A stretch of DNA of 64,000 nucleotides from an uncultured Gemmatimonadales bacterium (GTDB taxonomy: Bacteria > Gemmatimonadota > Gemmatimonadetes > Gemmatimonadales > GWC2-71-9). Shown here piece after piece: positions 51,226 to 60,507 of the stretch; the stretch's first letter is position 1, and every line of letters begins with the position of its first letter. The notes beneath the pieces are model-generated. The model was not told the DNA's origin. It saw nothing but the letters and a program-made list of their open reading frames with translations, and did no database searches. The DNA lies in assembly GCA_963779755.1 (NCBI GenBank), contig CAVZZO010000001.1, positions 1,792,001 through 1,856,000 of the forward strand, read 5' to 3'. Position numbers and translations under genes: made by a program.

Positions 51226-52413
51226 GTGCCCGCCGCCGTCGCCGAGGCGCCCCTCCACCTCTCCCGTTCTCCCCTGCCGCCTGCTCCCGCCGCCGGCGCG
51301 AGCTTCACCGTTCTGGACATCACCAAGTCGTACGGCGACACCAGCGGCGGGGTGAAGACCTATCTTCGCGAGAAGGGCCGCTATGTCGCGGCCCGTCCCG
51401 GCCTGCGGCAGGTGGTGGTGGTCCCCGGCGCGCAGGACGCCGTCGCGGACGAGCCGGGCAGCCGCTGGTACCGGTTGCGGGGACGGCCGGTCCCCTTTCA
51501 GCCGCCGTACCGGTTTCTACTCTCGACCGCCAAGGTCGCGCGGATCGCGCGGCACGAGCATCCCAGCGTGGTCGAAGTGGGCAGCCCCTTCTTCGTGCCC
51601 TGGGTGGTCCGCCGCGCGTTACGCGACCTGGCTATCCCCCGGGTCTGGTTCTACCATGGCCATCTGCCGGGAATCTTTCCCGCCCCGGCCTGGCTCACTC
51701 GGCGGTACGTCCGCCGGTTGAGCCGTCTCTATGATCGGGTCCTTGTCGCCAGCGACTTTGCGGCCGACGCACTGCGCGACTATGGCGTGGACAATGTCGC
51801 TCGCGTGCCCCTCGGCGTGGATCTCGACCTCTTTCATCCCCGGCGCCGCGTATGCCGGGAGCGGGTCCGGGAACGCCTCGGACTCGGAGCGGGGCCGCTG
51901 GTGCTCTATGCCGGGCGGATTGCCGGGGAGAAGGGGCTGGGCCTGGTGCTGGAAGCCTGGAAAGAGGTTGAGCGGCGCAGCCCGGCCACGCTGGTGCTGG
52001 TGGGCGACGGGCCCTCGGCGCAACGCTATCGCGCGCGCGCCGGGGCCGCCCGGATTCGCTGGCTGCCCTACGAGCGCGATCGCGCGCGCTTCGCCGATCT
52101 GCTGGCGGCCGCCGATCTGTACCTTGCCCCCGGGCCCAACGAGACCTTCGGCCTGTCGGTGCTCGAAGCCATGGCGTCCGGGGTGCCGGTGGTATCGGTT
52201 GCCGCCGGCGGCGGCGCCGAACTGGTGCGGCGCGCCGGGGCCGGGGAGCTCTACCAGGCCAGCCCGGCCGATGCGGCGGCCGCCGTGCTCCGCGCGTTGG
52301 ACCGGGGGGCAGGCGCTGCACCGGGCGGAGTGCGCGCCTGGGTGGAGCGGGAACACAGCTGGACCCACGCCTTCGACCGGCTGTTCCAGATCTATTACGG
52401 CCTCTCCTCGTGA
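51226..52413 (+). CDS. GT4 (GT-B) glycosyltransferase
   Basis: SGGVKTY, PLGVD...F.P, YAGR...EKG, VGDGP, ETFGLSVLEAMASGVPVV. Confidence 0.9.
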   Translation: MPAAVAEAPLHLSRSPLPPAPAAGASFTVLDITKSYGDTSGGVKTYLREKGRYVAARPGLRQVVVVPGAQDAVADEPGSRWYRLRGRPVPFQPPYRFLLSTAKVARIARHEHPSVVEVGSPFFVPWVVRRALRDLAIPRVWFYHGHLPGIFPAPAWLTRRYVRRLSRLYDRVLVASDFAADALRDYGVDNVARVPLGVDLDLFHPRRRVCRERVRERLGLGAGPLVLYAGRIAGEKGLGLVLEAWKEVERRSPATLVLVGDGPSAQRYRARAGAARIRWLPYERDRARFADLLAAADLYLAPGPNETFGLSVLEAMASGVPVVSVAAGGGAELVRRAGAGELYQASPADAAAAVLRALDRGAGAAPGGVRAWVEREHSWTHAFDRLFQIYYGLSS

Positions 52414-53339
52414 CCTTTGCCGAAGCCAACCTGGTCTGTCTGGCGCTGGTGGCGGCCGACCTCGCCGCCCGCGCGGTGCGGATTCAGTGGTTTCTGCGCG
52501 GACTGGGCTATCGGCTCCGGTTCCTCGACGCGCTGGCGATTAATGCCGTGGGCGACGCCGCCTGCGGGCTGACCCCCTTGCGGATCGGGGGGGAGCCCAG
52601 CCGGCTGGCGATGATGCTGCGCTCGCGCATTCCCGCCACGGCCGCCTTCGTGGCCATCGGCTATGAAGTCCTGGCGGCCTGGCCGGTGATCATTCTCAGT
52701 GCCGCGGTGCTGATTCTCGGGTGGGCCCCCGAATGGTGGGCCAGCGTGAAGCCCAACCTGGTGCATGCCGGCCGCGAGCTGGGGCCCTGGATGCTGGTCA
52801 TCGCGGTCCTGACCGTGCTGGCCTGGTTCTGGGTGCGGCGCCGGGCCCCGGCGGCAACCCACCAGCTGCGCCGCCCGCTCCGTCGCACCCTGGTGCACTG
52901 GCGGCGCATGGCCAAGTGGCCCCTCTTCGCCAGCGGGCCGCTCACCCTGGTGAATGTGGTGGCTCGTGTCGCCATGCTTCCGGTGCTGGCGCTCACGCTG
53001 CCGCATCCCCCGCCGCTCGGCCCCACCGTGGTGGGCTCGTTCGCGCTGCTCTACAGCCAGCTCATCCTGCCCACGCCCTCGGGCGCCGGGGCCGTCGATC
53101 TCGGCTTTCTGGCCGGCGCCGCCGGTGACCTGGGCGGCGACCAGGCGCGCCTGCTGCTGCTCTGGCGGCTCTACACCAGCGGTATCGGCGTGGCACTCGG
53201 GCTGATTATCGGGATACGGATCTACGGCTGGGCGGCGCTGCGGGGGCTGCTGGGACGGCCGGGCGGCGTGAATGTGGTGCGCCCCGGAGAACGCGACCCG
53301 ACTGAACAGCGGGAATGGGGAGCGGGGAAAAGGGAATAG
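52410..53339 (+). CDS. Lysylphosphatidylglycerol synthase TM / flippase-like membrane protein
   Basis: TP...GGEP, PTPSGAG..D, LLWRLYT; multiple TM. Confidence 0.8.
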   Translation: MTFAEANLVCLALVAADLAARAVRIQWFLRGLGYRLRFLDALAINAVGDAACGLTPLRIGGEPSRLAMMLRSRIPATAAFVAIGYEVLAAWPVIILSAAVLILGWAPEWWASVKPNLVHAGRELGPWMLVIAVLTVLAWFWVRRRAPAATHQLRRPLRRTLVHWRRMAKWPLFASGPLTLVNVVARVAMLPVLALTLPHPPPLGPTVVGSFALLYSQLILPTPSGAGAVDLGFLAGAAGDLGGDQARLLLLWRLYTSGIGVALGLIIGIRIYGWAALRGLLGRPGGVNVVRPGERDPTEQREWGAGKRE

Positions 53340-53391
53340 AAAGCGTGCGCTACCGTTTCCCCCGCTTCGTTCTAGGTTCCCTGCGTTGTCC

Positions 53392-53446
53392 GATTCCCGA
53401 TTCCCGATTCCCGATTCCCGATTCCCGATTCCCGATTCCCGATCCC
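53392..53446. repeat. Perfect heptamer tandem repeat (GATTCCC)7 plus a partial copy
   Basis: Seven exact copies at 53392-53440; complementary GGGAAT-rich arm at 53311-53337. Confidence 0.95.
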
Positions 53447-53456
53447 TGTCCCTGAT

Positions 53457-54860
53457 ATGCGAACCGAACGCGATCCTCTTGGCGAGAAGCAGGTCCCCGA
53501 CGAGGCGCTGTACGGAATACAGACTCTCCGCGCCCGCGAAAACTTCCCCATCAGCGGCCTGCTCCCGCTGCCGGATTTTGTGGATGCGGTGGTGTGGATC
53601 AAGCGGGCCGCCGCACTGACCCATAAGGAAACCGGCCGGCTGGAGCCGCGCCTGGCCGATGCCATTGTGCAGGCGGCCGACGAAGTGCTGGGGGGGCAGC
53701 ATCGCGACCAGTTCGTGGTCGACCCTTACCAGGCCGGCGCCGGCACCAGCCACAACATGAACGTGAACGAAGTCCTGGCCAACCGGGCCAACGAGCTGCT
53801 GGGCTCGGCGCGGGGCGCGTACCAGCCGGTCCATCCCAATGATCACGTCAACATGGCGCAGAGCACCAATGACGTGATCCCCACCGCCATGCGGCTCGGC
53901 ACCCTGGCAAGGCTGCCGCACCTCCTGGATGCCCTGGAGCGGCTGGGCACGGCGCTGCTGGCGCAGGGGAAGGCGCTCGACGATATCATAAAGTCGGGCC
54001 GGACCCACCTGCAGGACGCCACTCCCATTCGCCTGGGGCAGGAGTTCACCGCCTACGGCCATACGGTGGAACGACACCGCGCCAAGCTGGCGCAGGCCGC
54101 CGGGTGGTTGCGCCCGCTCAATATCGGCGGCACCGCGGTGGGAACCGGCCTGAACGCCGAGCCCGCGTATCCCGGCCTGATGGTGAAGCATCTGCGGCAG
54201 ATCACCGGCCTGGAGCTGTCGGAAGGGGAGGATCGGGTGCAGCTCATGCAGTCCATGGGCGATATCGCGAGCTTCAGCGGCGCCCTGCGGTCGTATGTGC
54301 TGGATCTCAACAAGATCGCCAACGACATCCGGCTGCTCTCCTCGGGCCCGCGAACCGGCCTGGCCGAGATCAACCTGCCGCCGGTCCAGCCGGGCTCCAG
54401 CATCATGCCCGGCAAGGTGAACCCGTCCATTGCCGAGATGGTCAACCAGGTCTGCTACCAGGCCCTGGGTCTCGATCTCACGGTGGCGGTGGCGGCGGAG
54501 GCGGGCCAGCTCGAGCTCAACGTGATGATGCCGGTCATCACCCACAACATCCTCTTTGCCATGCGCATCGTGGAGAACGCCTCGCGCGTGTTCGCCGAGC
54601 GGTGCATCGAGGGGCTGACGGCCGATGCGAAGCAGTGCGCCTACTGGCTGGAGCGCAGCCCGGCCATCGTGACCGCCCTCGCGCCCACGATCGGCTACGC
54701 CGAGGCGGCCAAACTGGCCAAGGAGGCCGTGGCCGAAGGCCTGACCGTCCGGGCGCTGGTCCGGAAGAAGGGGGTGCTGAGCGGCGACGACCTGGAGCGG
54801 ATACTGGATCTGCGGGCCATGACCGAACTGGGGGTGCCCGGCGGCCCCCACGGGAGCTGA
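53457..54860 (+). CDS. aspA: Aspartate ammonia-lyase (fumarase/aspartase superfamily)
   Basis: YGIQT.RA.ENF, QAGAGTS.NMN.NEV.AN, HPNDHVN.QSTND, GRTHLQDATP, GSSIMPGKVNP; class II fumarase not excluded. Confidence 0.8.
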   Translation: MRTERDPLGEKQVPDEALYGIQTLRARENFPISGLLPLPDFVDAVVWIKRAAALTHKETGRLEPRLADAIVQAADEVLGGQHRDQFVVDPYQAGAGTSHNMNVNEVLANRANELLGSARGAYQPVHPNDHVNMAQSTNDVIPTAMRLGTLARLPHLLDALERLGTALLAQGKALDDIIKSGRTHLQDATPIRLGQEFTAYGHTVERHRAKLAQAAGWLRPLNIGGTAVGTGLNAEPAYPGLMVKHLRQITGLELSEGEDRVQLMQSMGDIASFSGALRSYVLDLNKIANDIRLLSSGPRTGLAEINLPPVQPGSSIMPGKVNPSIAEMVNQVCYQALGLDLTVAVAAEAGQLELNVMMPVITHNILFAMRIVENASRVFAERCIEGLTADAKQCAYWLERSPAIVTALAPTIGYAEAAKLAKEAVAEGLTVRALVRKKGVLSGDDLERILDLRAMTELGVPGGPHGS

Positions 54861-54871
54861 GCCCGCCTTCC

Positions 54872-54900
54872 TTGCTGCGGGCGGTCCCCGGCTCCATATT
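54872..54900 (+). promoter_or_regulatory. Putative sigma70 promoter giving a leaderless Rrf2 transcript
   Basis: TTGCTG-N17-CATATT, then 6 nt to ATG 54907. Confidence 0.55.
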
Positions 54901-54906
54901 GGGGGT

Positions 54907-55365
54907 ATGCGCGTCACAACCTGGACGGAATACAGCCTGATCATCTCGATCCATCTGGCCCGGCGGGCCGGCGCCGGGCTGGGCCCCATGCCTGCACGTG
55001 AGCTCGCCGAGCAGGAAAAACTCCCGGCCGATTACGTGGAGCAGATCCTGCTGCGGCTCCGCCGCGCCGGGCTGGTCGAAAGCGTCCGCGGCGCCCGGGG
55101 CGGTTACTCCCTTGCCGGCGACCCGGCCCAGCTCTCGGTGCGCGACATCATGAGCGCCTCCGAGCACCAGACCTTCGAGGTCAACTGTTCCACCCATCCC
55201 GTGGACGGATCCCGCTGCGATCCCGGATCGGGGTGCAGCATCCGCCCGGTCTGGCAGGCCCTGCAGCACCGGGTCGACGAGTTCCTCGGCAGCGTCACGC
55301 TGGCCGACCTCCTGCACGAAGAGGCCCAGGTGTCGGAACTGGTCGGGATCGCGCCCCAGCAGTGA
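54907..55365 (+). CDS. Rrf2 family transcriptional regulator with 3 Cys
   Basis: YVEQIL..LRRAGLVESVRGARGGY.LA; C-x9-C-x5-C. Confidence 0.92.
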   Translation: MRVTTWTEYSLIISIHLARRAGAGLGPMPARELAEQEKLPADYVEQILLRLRRAGLVESVRGARGGYSLAGDPAQLSVRDIMSASEHQTFEVNCSTHPVDGSRCDPGSGCSIRPVWQALQHRVDEFLGSVTLADLLHEEAQVSELVGIAPQQ

Positions 55366-56550
55366 TTGCAGCGCCCGGCTGTCCAGCCGGTTGATGGCTC
55401 CGTGTCCTCCCCGTCTCTTCCCGAGCTCGATGCAGCGGAGCTGCTGCGCTATTCGCGGCACCTCCTGCTTCCCGGTGTCGGCCTCGAAGGCCAGCGCCGG
55501 CTGAAAGCCGCCCGCGTCCTGTTGGTGGGCGCCGGCGGCCTGGGATCGCCCGCGGCGCTCTATCTTGCCGCGGCCGGGGTCGGCACGCTGGGTATCGCCG
55601 AATTCGACCAGGTAGACCTCACCAACCTCCAGCGGCAGGTGCTGCACGGCACCGGCGATGTGGGGCGCCCCAAGCTGGACTCCGCCACCGACCGGCTGGG
55701 CGACCTCAATCCCAACGTCACCGTAGTGCCCGAGCCGGGCCGCCTTACCTCCGGGAACGCCCTGGAGGTGGTGGGCCGCTACGACCTGGTGCTCGACGGC
55801 TCCGACAACTTTCCCACCCGCTACCTGGTGAATGACGCCTGCGTGCTGGCCGGGCGGCCCACGGTGTACGGCAGCGTCTTCCGCTTCGAGGGGCAGGTCT
55901 CGGTCTTCGACGCGCGGCGCGGCCCCTGTTATCGCTGTCTCTTCGCGGAGCCGCCCCCCCCGGGACTGGTGCCTTCCTGCGCCGAGGGCGGGGTGCTGGG
56001 CGTGCTGCCGGGCATCATCGGCAGTCTTCAGGCCCTGGAAGCCATCAAGCTGATTCTGGATCTTGGCGAGCCGCTGATCGGCCGGTTGCTGATGTTCGAT
56101 GCGCTGGCGCTCCAGTTCCGGGAAATCGCGCTGCGCAAGGATCCCGATTGCCCGGTGTGCGGCACCGCGCCCACCCAGCGGGAACTGATCGACTACGAGG
56201 CCTTCTGCGGACTGGGCGGGGCAGGGGCGGAGGGCCTGGAGATCAGCGTGGATGAGCTGGCTGCCCTGCTGGACGGCAAGGGAAACGCCCCGGTGCTGCT
56301 CGATGTGCGGGAACCGTTCGAGTGGCAGCTCGTCCGGCTGCCGCACGCCGTGCATGTCCCGCTGGGCGAGCTTCCCGCCCGCCTGCGCGAACTGGAGACC
56401 GGCCGCGAGATCATCACCTACTGCCATTCCGGTGTGCGTTCGCTGCAGGCGGTGAGCCTGCTGCGCGGGGCCGGATTCGCGGCCCGGAGCCTGGCGGGGG
56501 GAATCGATGCCTGGGCCCGGCAGCGCGATCCGGCGATGGTGCGCTACTGA
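55366..56550 (+). CDS. moeB: MoeB/MoeZ adenylyltransferase with C-terminal rhodanese domain (start uncertain)
   Basis: RYSRH, GAGGLGSP, NLQRQ, PCYRC, PSCAEGGVLG, CPVC, DVRE..E, YCHSGVRS. Confidence 0.93.
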   Translation: MQRPAVQPVDGSVSSPSLPELDAAELLRYSRHLLLPGVGLEGQRRLKAARVLLVGAGGLGSPAALYLAAAGVGTLGIAEFDQVDLTNLQRQVLHGTGDVGRPKLDSATDRLGDLNPNVTVVPEPGRLTSGNALEVVGRYDLVLDGSDNFPTRYLVNDACVLAGRPTVYGSVFRFEGQVSVFDARRGPCYRCLFAEPPPPGLVPSCAEGGVLGVLPGIIGSLQALEAIKLILDLGEPLIGRLLMFDALALQFREIALRKDPDCPVCGTAPTQRELIDYEAFCGLGGAGAEGLEISVDELAALLDGKGNAPVLLDVREPFEWQLVRLPHAVHVPLGELPARLRELETGREIITYCHSGVRSLQAVSLLRGAGFAARSLAGGIDAWARQRDPAMVRY

Positions 56551-56637
56551 TAGCCCGGAGCTTGCCGGCGCCTCCCGAACGCGTGTCCGGTGAGCGACTC
56601 GCCGGCCCAATGGCGTTGCTGCCGCTCTCCTGCCAGG

Positions 56638-57060
56638 CTACTGCCGGACTGCGGTGAAAATCCCGGTTGCGACCACGCCACCCTGCAGCCACCGGGCATT
56701 GCCACTCAACGTACTGCCGTTGAGTGTTCCGTCCAGCCGCTTTTCGTCGGGCTGCTGGTCGAGGAAGATCGTGCCCCCGGCCGAGCCGGCGGAGCCCGTG
56801 AGAGTGCCGCTGGGGAAGGTGTAGGTAGGAATCAGGGGGCAGGTCACGTCGGCGGAGCCGTGGGTGCCGCTGAGCGTGGCCTGCGTCTCCTGGATAGTGA
56901 CCGTGATGTCGGTGATGGCGCAGTCGCCCGTGCCGGAAATGGCCATGCCGGAGAACGAGACGGTCCAGCTGCCGGAGAGATCGACTGTCGTGGGCCCGGT
57001 GTCGTTGCCACCACAGGCCGCGATCACGATAGCCACTGCCGCTATCAGCATCCGTTTCAT
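56638..57060 (-). CDS. Putative lipoprotein, hypothetical (beta-rich)
   Basis: AGGAG SD, MKRMLIAAVAIVIAAC lipobox; start at ATG 57060. Confidence 0.75.
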   Translation of the reverse strand: MKRMLIAAVAIVIAACGGNDTGPTTVDLSGSWTVSFSGMAISGTGDCAITDITVTIQETQATLSGTHGSADVTCPLIPTYTFPSGTLTGSAGSAGGTIFLDQQPDEKRLDGTLNGSTLSGNARWLQGGVVATGIFTAVRQ

Positions 57061-57164
57061 TGCGCGCTCCTGTGGCGCGTGGCATGACCCACGATGGTGT
57101 GCGATTCTGAGCCGGGGGAACTTGCGGGTGAACCTACCGGCCGACGGCGGGTCCGCAAGAGGCA

Positions 57165-57192
57165 AGAAAAATCCCGGGTGGGAGCCCGGGAT
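57165..57192 (-). terminator. Intrinsic terminator after tRNA-Leu
   Basis: Minus strand ATCCCGGG-CTCCCA-CCCGGGAT followed by a T run. Confidence 0.7.
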
Positions 57193-57196
57193 GGAA

Positions 57197-57280
57197 TGCC
57201 GAAGGGGGGATTCGAACCCCCACGGGCTTGCGCCCACTGCGCCCTGAACGCAGCGCGTCTACCAATTCCACCACTTCGGC
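57197..57280 (-). tRNA. tRNA-Leu (CAG), CCA not encoded
   Basis: Acceptor GCCGAAG/CTTCGGC-A, GGTGGAATTGGTAGAC, anticodon arm CTGCG-TTCAGGG-CGCAG, long variable arm, GTTCGAATC. Confidence 0.97.
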
Positions 57281-57379
57281 GTTTGGGGGAGCGGAAGCTA
57301 GGCAAACAGGCGGCGTCCGACAAGGGCCCACGGATCAGGTGTGCAATCGTGTAGACGGGCGACCCCTTCGCCGCCGCCT

Positions 57380-57431
57380 CCTGATTCCGCTTCCCTGGTC
57401 CCTGATTCCTGATTCCTGCTTCCTGGTCCCT
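57380..57431. repeat. CCTGATT-type heptamer array
   Basis: cctgattccgcttccctggtccctgattcctgattcctgcttcctggtccct. Confidence 0.75.
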
Positions 57432-57435
57432 TCTG

Positions 57436-57464
57436 TTGACCGCACCGAACTCCAAGCCTACATT
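57436..57464 (+). promoter_or_regulatory. Putative sigma70 promoter of smpB
   Basis: TTGACC-N17-TACATT, 9 nt before GTG 57474. Confidence 0.6.
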
Positions 57465-57473
57465 CGAGTTACA

Positions 57474-57956
57474 GTGTCGGCCAAACCGCCCGAGCCCGGG
57501 GAGGGCAAACGCTCGATCGCCCGGAACCCGCGGGCGACGCATGACTACCACATCCTGGAGACGTGGGAGGCGGGAATTGCGCTGACCGGCACGGAGGTGA
57601 AGTCGTTGCGCAGCGGCAAGGGATCGATCAAGGAAGCCTTTGGCCGCATCAGCCGGGGCGAAGTCTTTCTGGAAGGCATGAACATCACCCCGTACGAACA
57701 GGGCAACCGCTACAACCACGATCCGGTGCGCAGCCGCAAGCTGCTGCTGCACCGGAAGGAAATCGAGCGGCTGATCGGCGCGGTCGAGCAGAAGGGGCTC
57801 GCGCTGATCCCGCTGGAGCTGTATTTCCGCCGGGGCCGTGCCAAGGTGACCCTCGCATTGGGCCGCGGCAAGAAGCAGCACGACCGGCGGGAAGACATCA
57901 AGCGCCGCATGGCCGATCGTGAAATGGCCCGCGCATTGCGCTGGAAGAACACATGA
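57474..57956 (+). CDS. smpB: SsrA-binding protein
   Basis: N.RA.HDY.I.ET.EAGI.L.GTEVKSLR, R.RKLLLH..EI, GKK.HD.R. Confidence 0.96.
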   Translation: MSAKPPEPGEGKRSIARNPRATHDYHILETWEAGIALTGTEVKSLRSGKGSIKEAFGRISRGEVFLEGMNITPYEQGNRYNHDPVRSRKLLLHRKEIERLIGAVEQKGLALIPLELYFRRGRAKVTLALGRGKKQHDRREDIKRRMADREMARALRWKNT

Positions 57957-59119
57957 TGCTTCCCCTGGTCGCGCTGCTGGCCCTGGTGCCCGCCTCGCCG
58001 CGCGCCCTGACCGTTTCCACCCCGCGGGGCGAGGCCACCCTGGCCGTGCACTACGACCTGAGCGGCGCGCCGGTGCTGGCGGCGCTCCCGCTGGCGGGCG
58101 CGCTCAACGCCACCCTGACTACCGGCGCGGGCTGGACCACGCTCTCGATCGCCCACCAGCCATTCCGCTTTCCGCTGGGCGCGCCGCTCGTCCTCTATCA
58201 GGGGCACCTGGAGCCGCTGGCGGCCGCGGCGTCCCTGGAACGGGACACGCTGTTCGTCCCGCTCCAGTTCGTCACCGAGCTCCTGCCACGGCTGTTCAGC
58301 GAACGATTCCGCTACGACGCCGATGCGTCCCGATTCCTCGAGTTGGGGCCCGCACGCACCCGGCCGAAGCGCCTGCCGAACGGATTGCTGCCGGGGCACG
58401 TGGTCACGGTGGATCCGGGCCACGGAGGGGTCGATCCCGGAAACCCCGGGCTGTACTTCCCCCGCGGCATCCGGGAGAAGGACGTCAATCTTCAGGTCGG
58501 GCTGGCGCTGCGCCGGGAACTGGAACAGCGGGGGATCAAGGTCGTCATGACCCGCACCACCGACACCTTGATCGACCTGTACGACCGGGGCGGGTACTGC
58601 GCGGAATCATGCGACCTGTTCGTGAGCCTGCACGTGAACTCCCTGGCCCGGCGGCGCGGGTATACCGCGGTCCGCGGGTTTGAGACCTATTTCCTGGCGG
58701 AGGCCAAGACGGAAGACGCCCAGCGGGTGGCCCGGATGGAAAACGACGCCATCCGGTTTGAAGCGCCCGCCTCGCAGGCGCGGCTCGGCGGCCTCGATTT
58801 TATCCTGCGCGACCTCCAGCTCAACGAATACCTGCGGGAGTCGGCCCGCCTGGCGGAGCTGGTCCAGAACCACATGGACCATGTGCACAACGGGCTGGAC
58901 CGGGGCGTCAAACAGGCCGGCTTCGTCGTGCTGACCACCGCTCAGCGTCCGGCGGTGCTGGTCGAGATGGGCTACAGCACGAACCGTGAGGATGCCAGGA
59001 TCATGTCGGAGAGGAAGGGGCAGCAGTCCCTGGCCTCCGCCATCGCGGACGCCGTGGTGGATTACCTCAAGGAATACGAGCGCAAGGCCGGACTCGCGCC
59101 GGCGGAGGGCTCGCGCTGA
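57953..59119 (+). CDS. N-acetylmuramoyl-L-alanine amidase (Amidase_3)
   Basis: VDPGHGG.DPG, EKDVNL, MTRT.D, FVSLHVNS, GFETY, PAVLVEMGY. Confidence 0.93.
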   Translation: MMLPLVALLALVPASPRALTVSTPRGEATLAVHYDLSGAPVLAALPLAGALNATLTTGAGWTTLSIAHQPFRFPLGAPLVLYQGHLEPLAAAASLERDTLFVPLQFVTELLPRLFSERFRYDADASRFLELGPARTRPKRLPNGLLPGHVVTVDPGHGGVDPGNPGLYFPRGIREKDVNLQVGLALRRELEQRGIKVVMTRTTDTLIDLYDRGGYCAESCDLFVSLHVNSLARRRGYTAVRGFETYFLAEAKTEDAQRVARMENDAIRFEAPASQARLGGLDFILRDLQLNEYLRESARLAELVQNHMDHVHNGLDRGVKQAGFVVLTTAQRPAVLVEMGYSTNREDARIMSERKGQQSLASAIADAVVDYLKEYERKAGLAPAEGSR

Positions 59120-60507
59120 TGCGCCGCCGTCTGATCGCGGCCGTGTTCCTCCTGGCCGGATGCGTTTACTACAACGGGATGTACAACGCGCGGCGGCTCG
59201 CTCACGACGCCGAAAAGGCCGAACGGGAAGGTCGGACGTTCGATGCCGCCAGCCTCTGGGGGCAGGTCGGCGTCAAGACCGATACGGTGCTCGCCCGGCA
59301 TCCCCAGAGCAGCTGGGTGGACGATGCCGAGTACCTCCGGGGCAAGGCCTACGAACGGCTGGGCGACTGCAACAGCGCCCTGCCGTATCTCGAAGCCGTC
59401 CTGGCCCGCAGCCCCGACTCCACCCTGATCGAGCAATCCGCCCTGGTGCTGGGCGACTGCTATCAGAAGCTGGATCGGCCCACCGACGCCGGCCGGGTCT
59501 TCGCCCGCCTGCTGGCCAGCCCCGACACCGCCCGCCGCAATCAGGCCCTGTATCAGCACGGGCGATCCTTGCGGCTCAGCGGCAACTACCGTCAGGCGGT
59601 GACGGAGCTGTCGCGCAGCGGCTACCCGGCGGCCCGGGCGGAGCTGGTGGCTGCCCTGGCGGGGTCGGGGCAGATCGGGCCGGCCCGGGCCCTGGCCGAC
59701 TCACTCCGGATGGCGGGGGACACCACCGTCCCCTGGGGCGACGTGCTGGCGCTGATCGCCCGGTGGGACGAAGCCGCTGCGGGCGGGATGCTCGATTCCC
59801 TGCTGGTGGCGCCCGGCGTCGCGCCCGAGAGCCTCGCCGTCTGGCTGACCCAGGACGGTGAGCGGCTGTCGCAGACCGATCCCGGGGCCGCTAACCGGCG
59901 GCTTGAGCGCGCCGGCCAGGTCGCGGCGGGCACGCCGGCCGCCCGCGAGGCGGGCCTGGCCCGGCTGCGGGTGCAACTGCGCCTGGTGGATTCGCTCGCC
60001 GAACTCCGCCAGCTGACCACCCTGCTGCAGCAGCAGGTGCAACTGGGCGGCGCCCAGGCGCTCGAGACCGGGGCGCTGCTGCGCAATGCGGAACTGATCG
60101 TGGCGGCGGTGGATTCCTCGCACGCGGGCCACGGGCCGCCCGATCTGCAGCTGTTCTTCGCGGCCGAGATCGTCCGCGACAGTCTCCACGCCGAGCGGCT
60201 CGCCGGCCGTCTGTTTCAGGAGGTGGTGGCGGAGGATTCGCTCTCGCCCTTCGCCCCCAAGGCGCTGCTGGCGCTGGGCGCCCTGCAGCCGTCCCGGCTC
60301 GATTCGCTGGGGCAGGTGCTGGAGCAGCACTATCCCGACAGTCCGTATCTCGCCTTCATCCGCGGCGATTCCGCCTCCGGCTTCGCCGCGCTGGAAGACT
60401 CGATGCGGGTCTTCGGTGTGGCCTTCCGGGCCGCGTTCCAGCCCTCGCGCGGCCAGCGGCGAGCCGATGACGCGCCCGGCGCGGGCGGACGGCGGCCGAT
60501 CCAGTAA
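59119..60507 (+). CDS. TPR-like lipoprotein
   Basis: Lipobox LAGC, CVYYN.MYNA, HP.SSWVDDA, helical repeats. Confidence 0.75.
   Translation: MRRRLIAAVFLLAGCVYYNGMYNARRLAHDAEKAEREGRTFDAASLWGQVGVKTDTVLARHPQSSWVDDAEYLRGKAYERLGDCNSALPYLEAVLARSPDSTLIEQSALVLGDCYQKLDRPTDAGRVFARLLASPDTARRNQALYQHGRSLRLSGNYRQAVTELSRSGYPAARAELVAALAGSGQIGPARALADSLRMAGDTTVPWGDVLALIARWDEAAAGGMLDSLLVAPGVAPESLAVWLTQDGERLSQTDPGAANRRLERAGQVAAGTPAAREAGLARLRVQLRLVDSLAELRQLTTLLQQQVQLGGAQALETGALLRNAELIVAAVDSSHAGHGPPDLQLFFAAEIVRDSLHAERLAGRLFQEVVAEDSLSPFAPKALLALGALQPSRLDSLGQVLEQHYPDSPYLAFIRGDSASGFAALEDSMRVFGVAFRAAFQPSRGQRRADDAPGAGGRRPIQ

Noticed and set aside
53372..53665. ORFs with GIGNRES / PIPDSRF peptide repeats
   Set aside because: These are translations of the non-coding (GATTCCC)n tract.
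57194..57197. Both tRNA genes lack an encoded 3' CCA
   Set aside because: Common in many bacteria; CCA is added post-transcriptionally.
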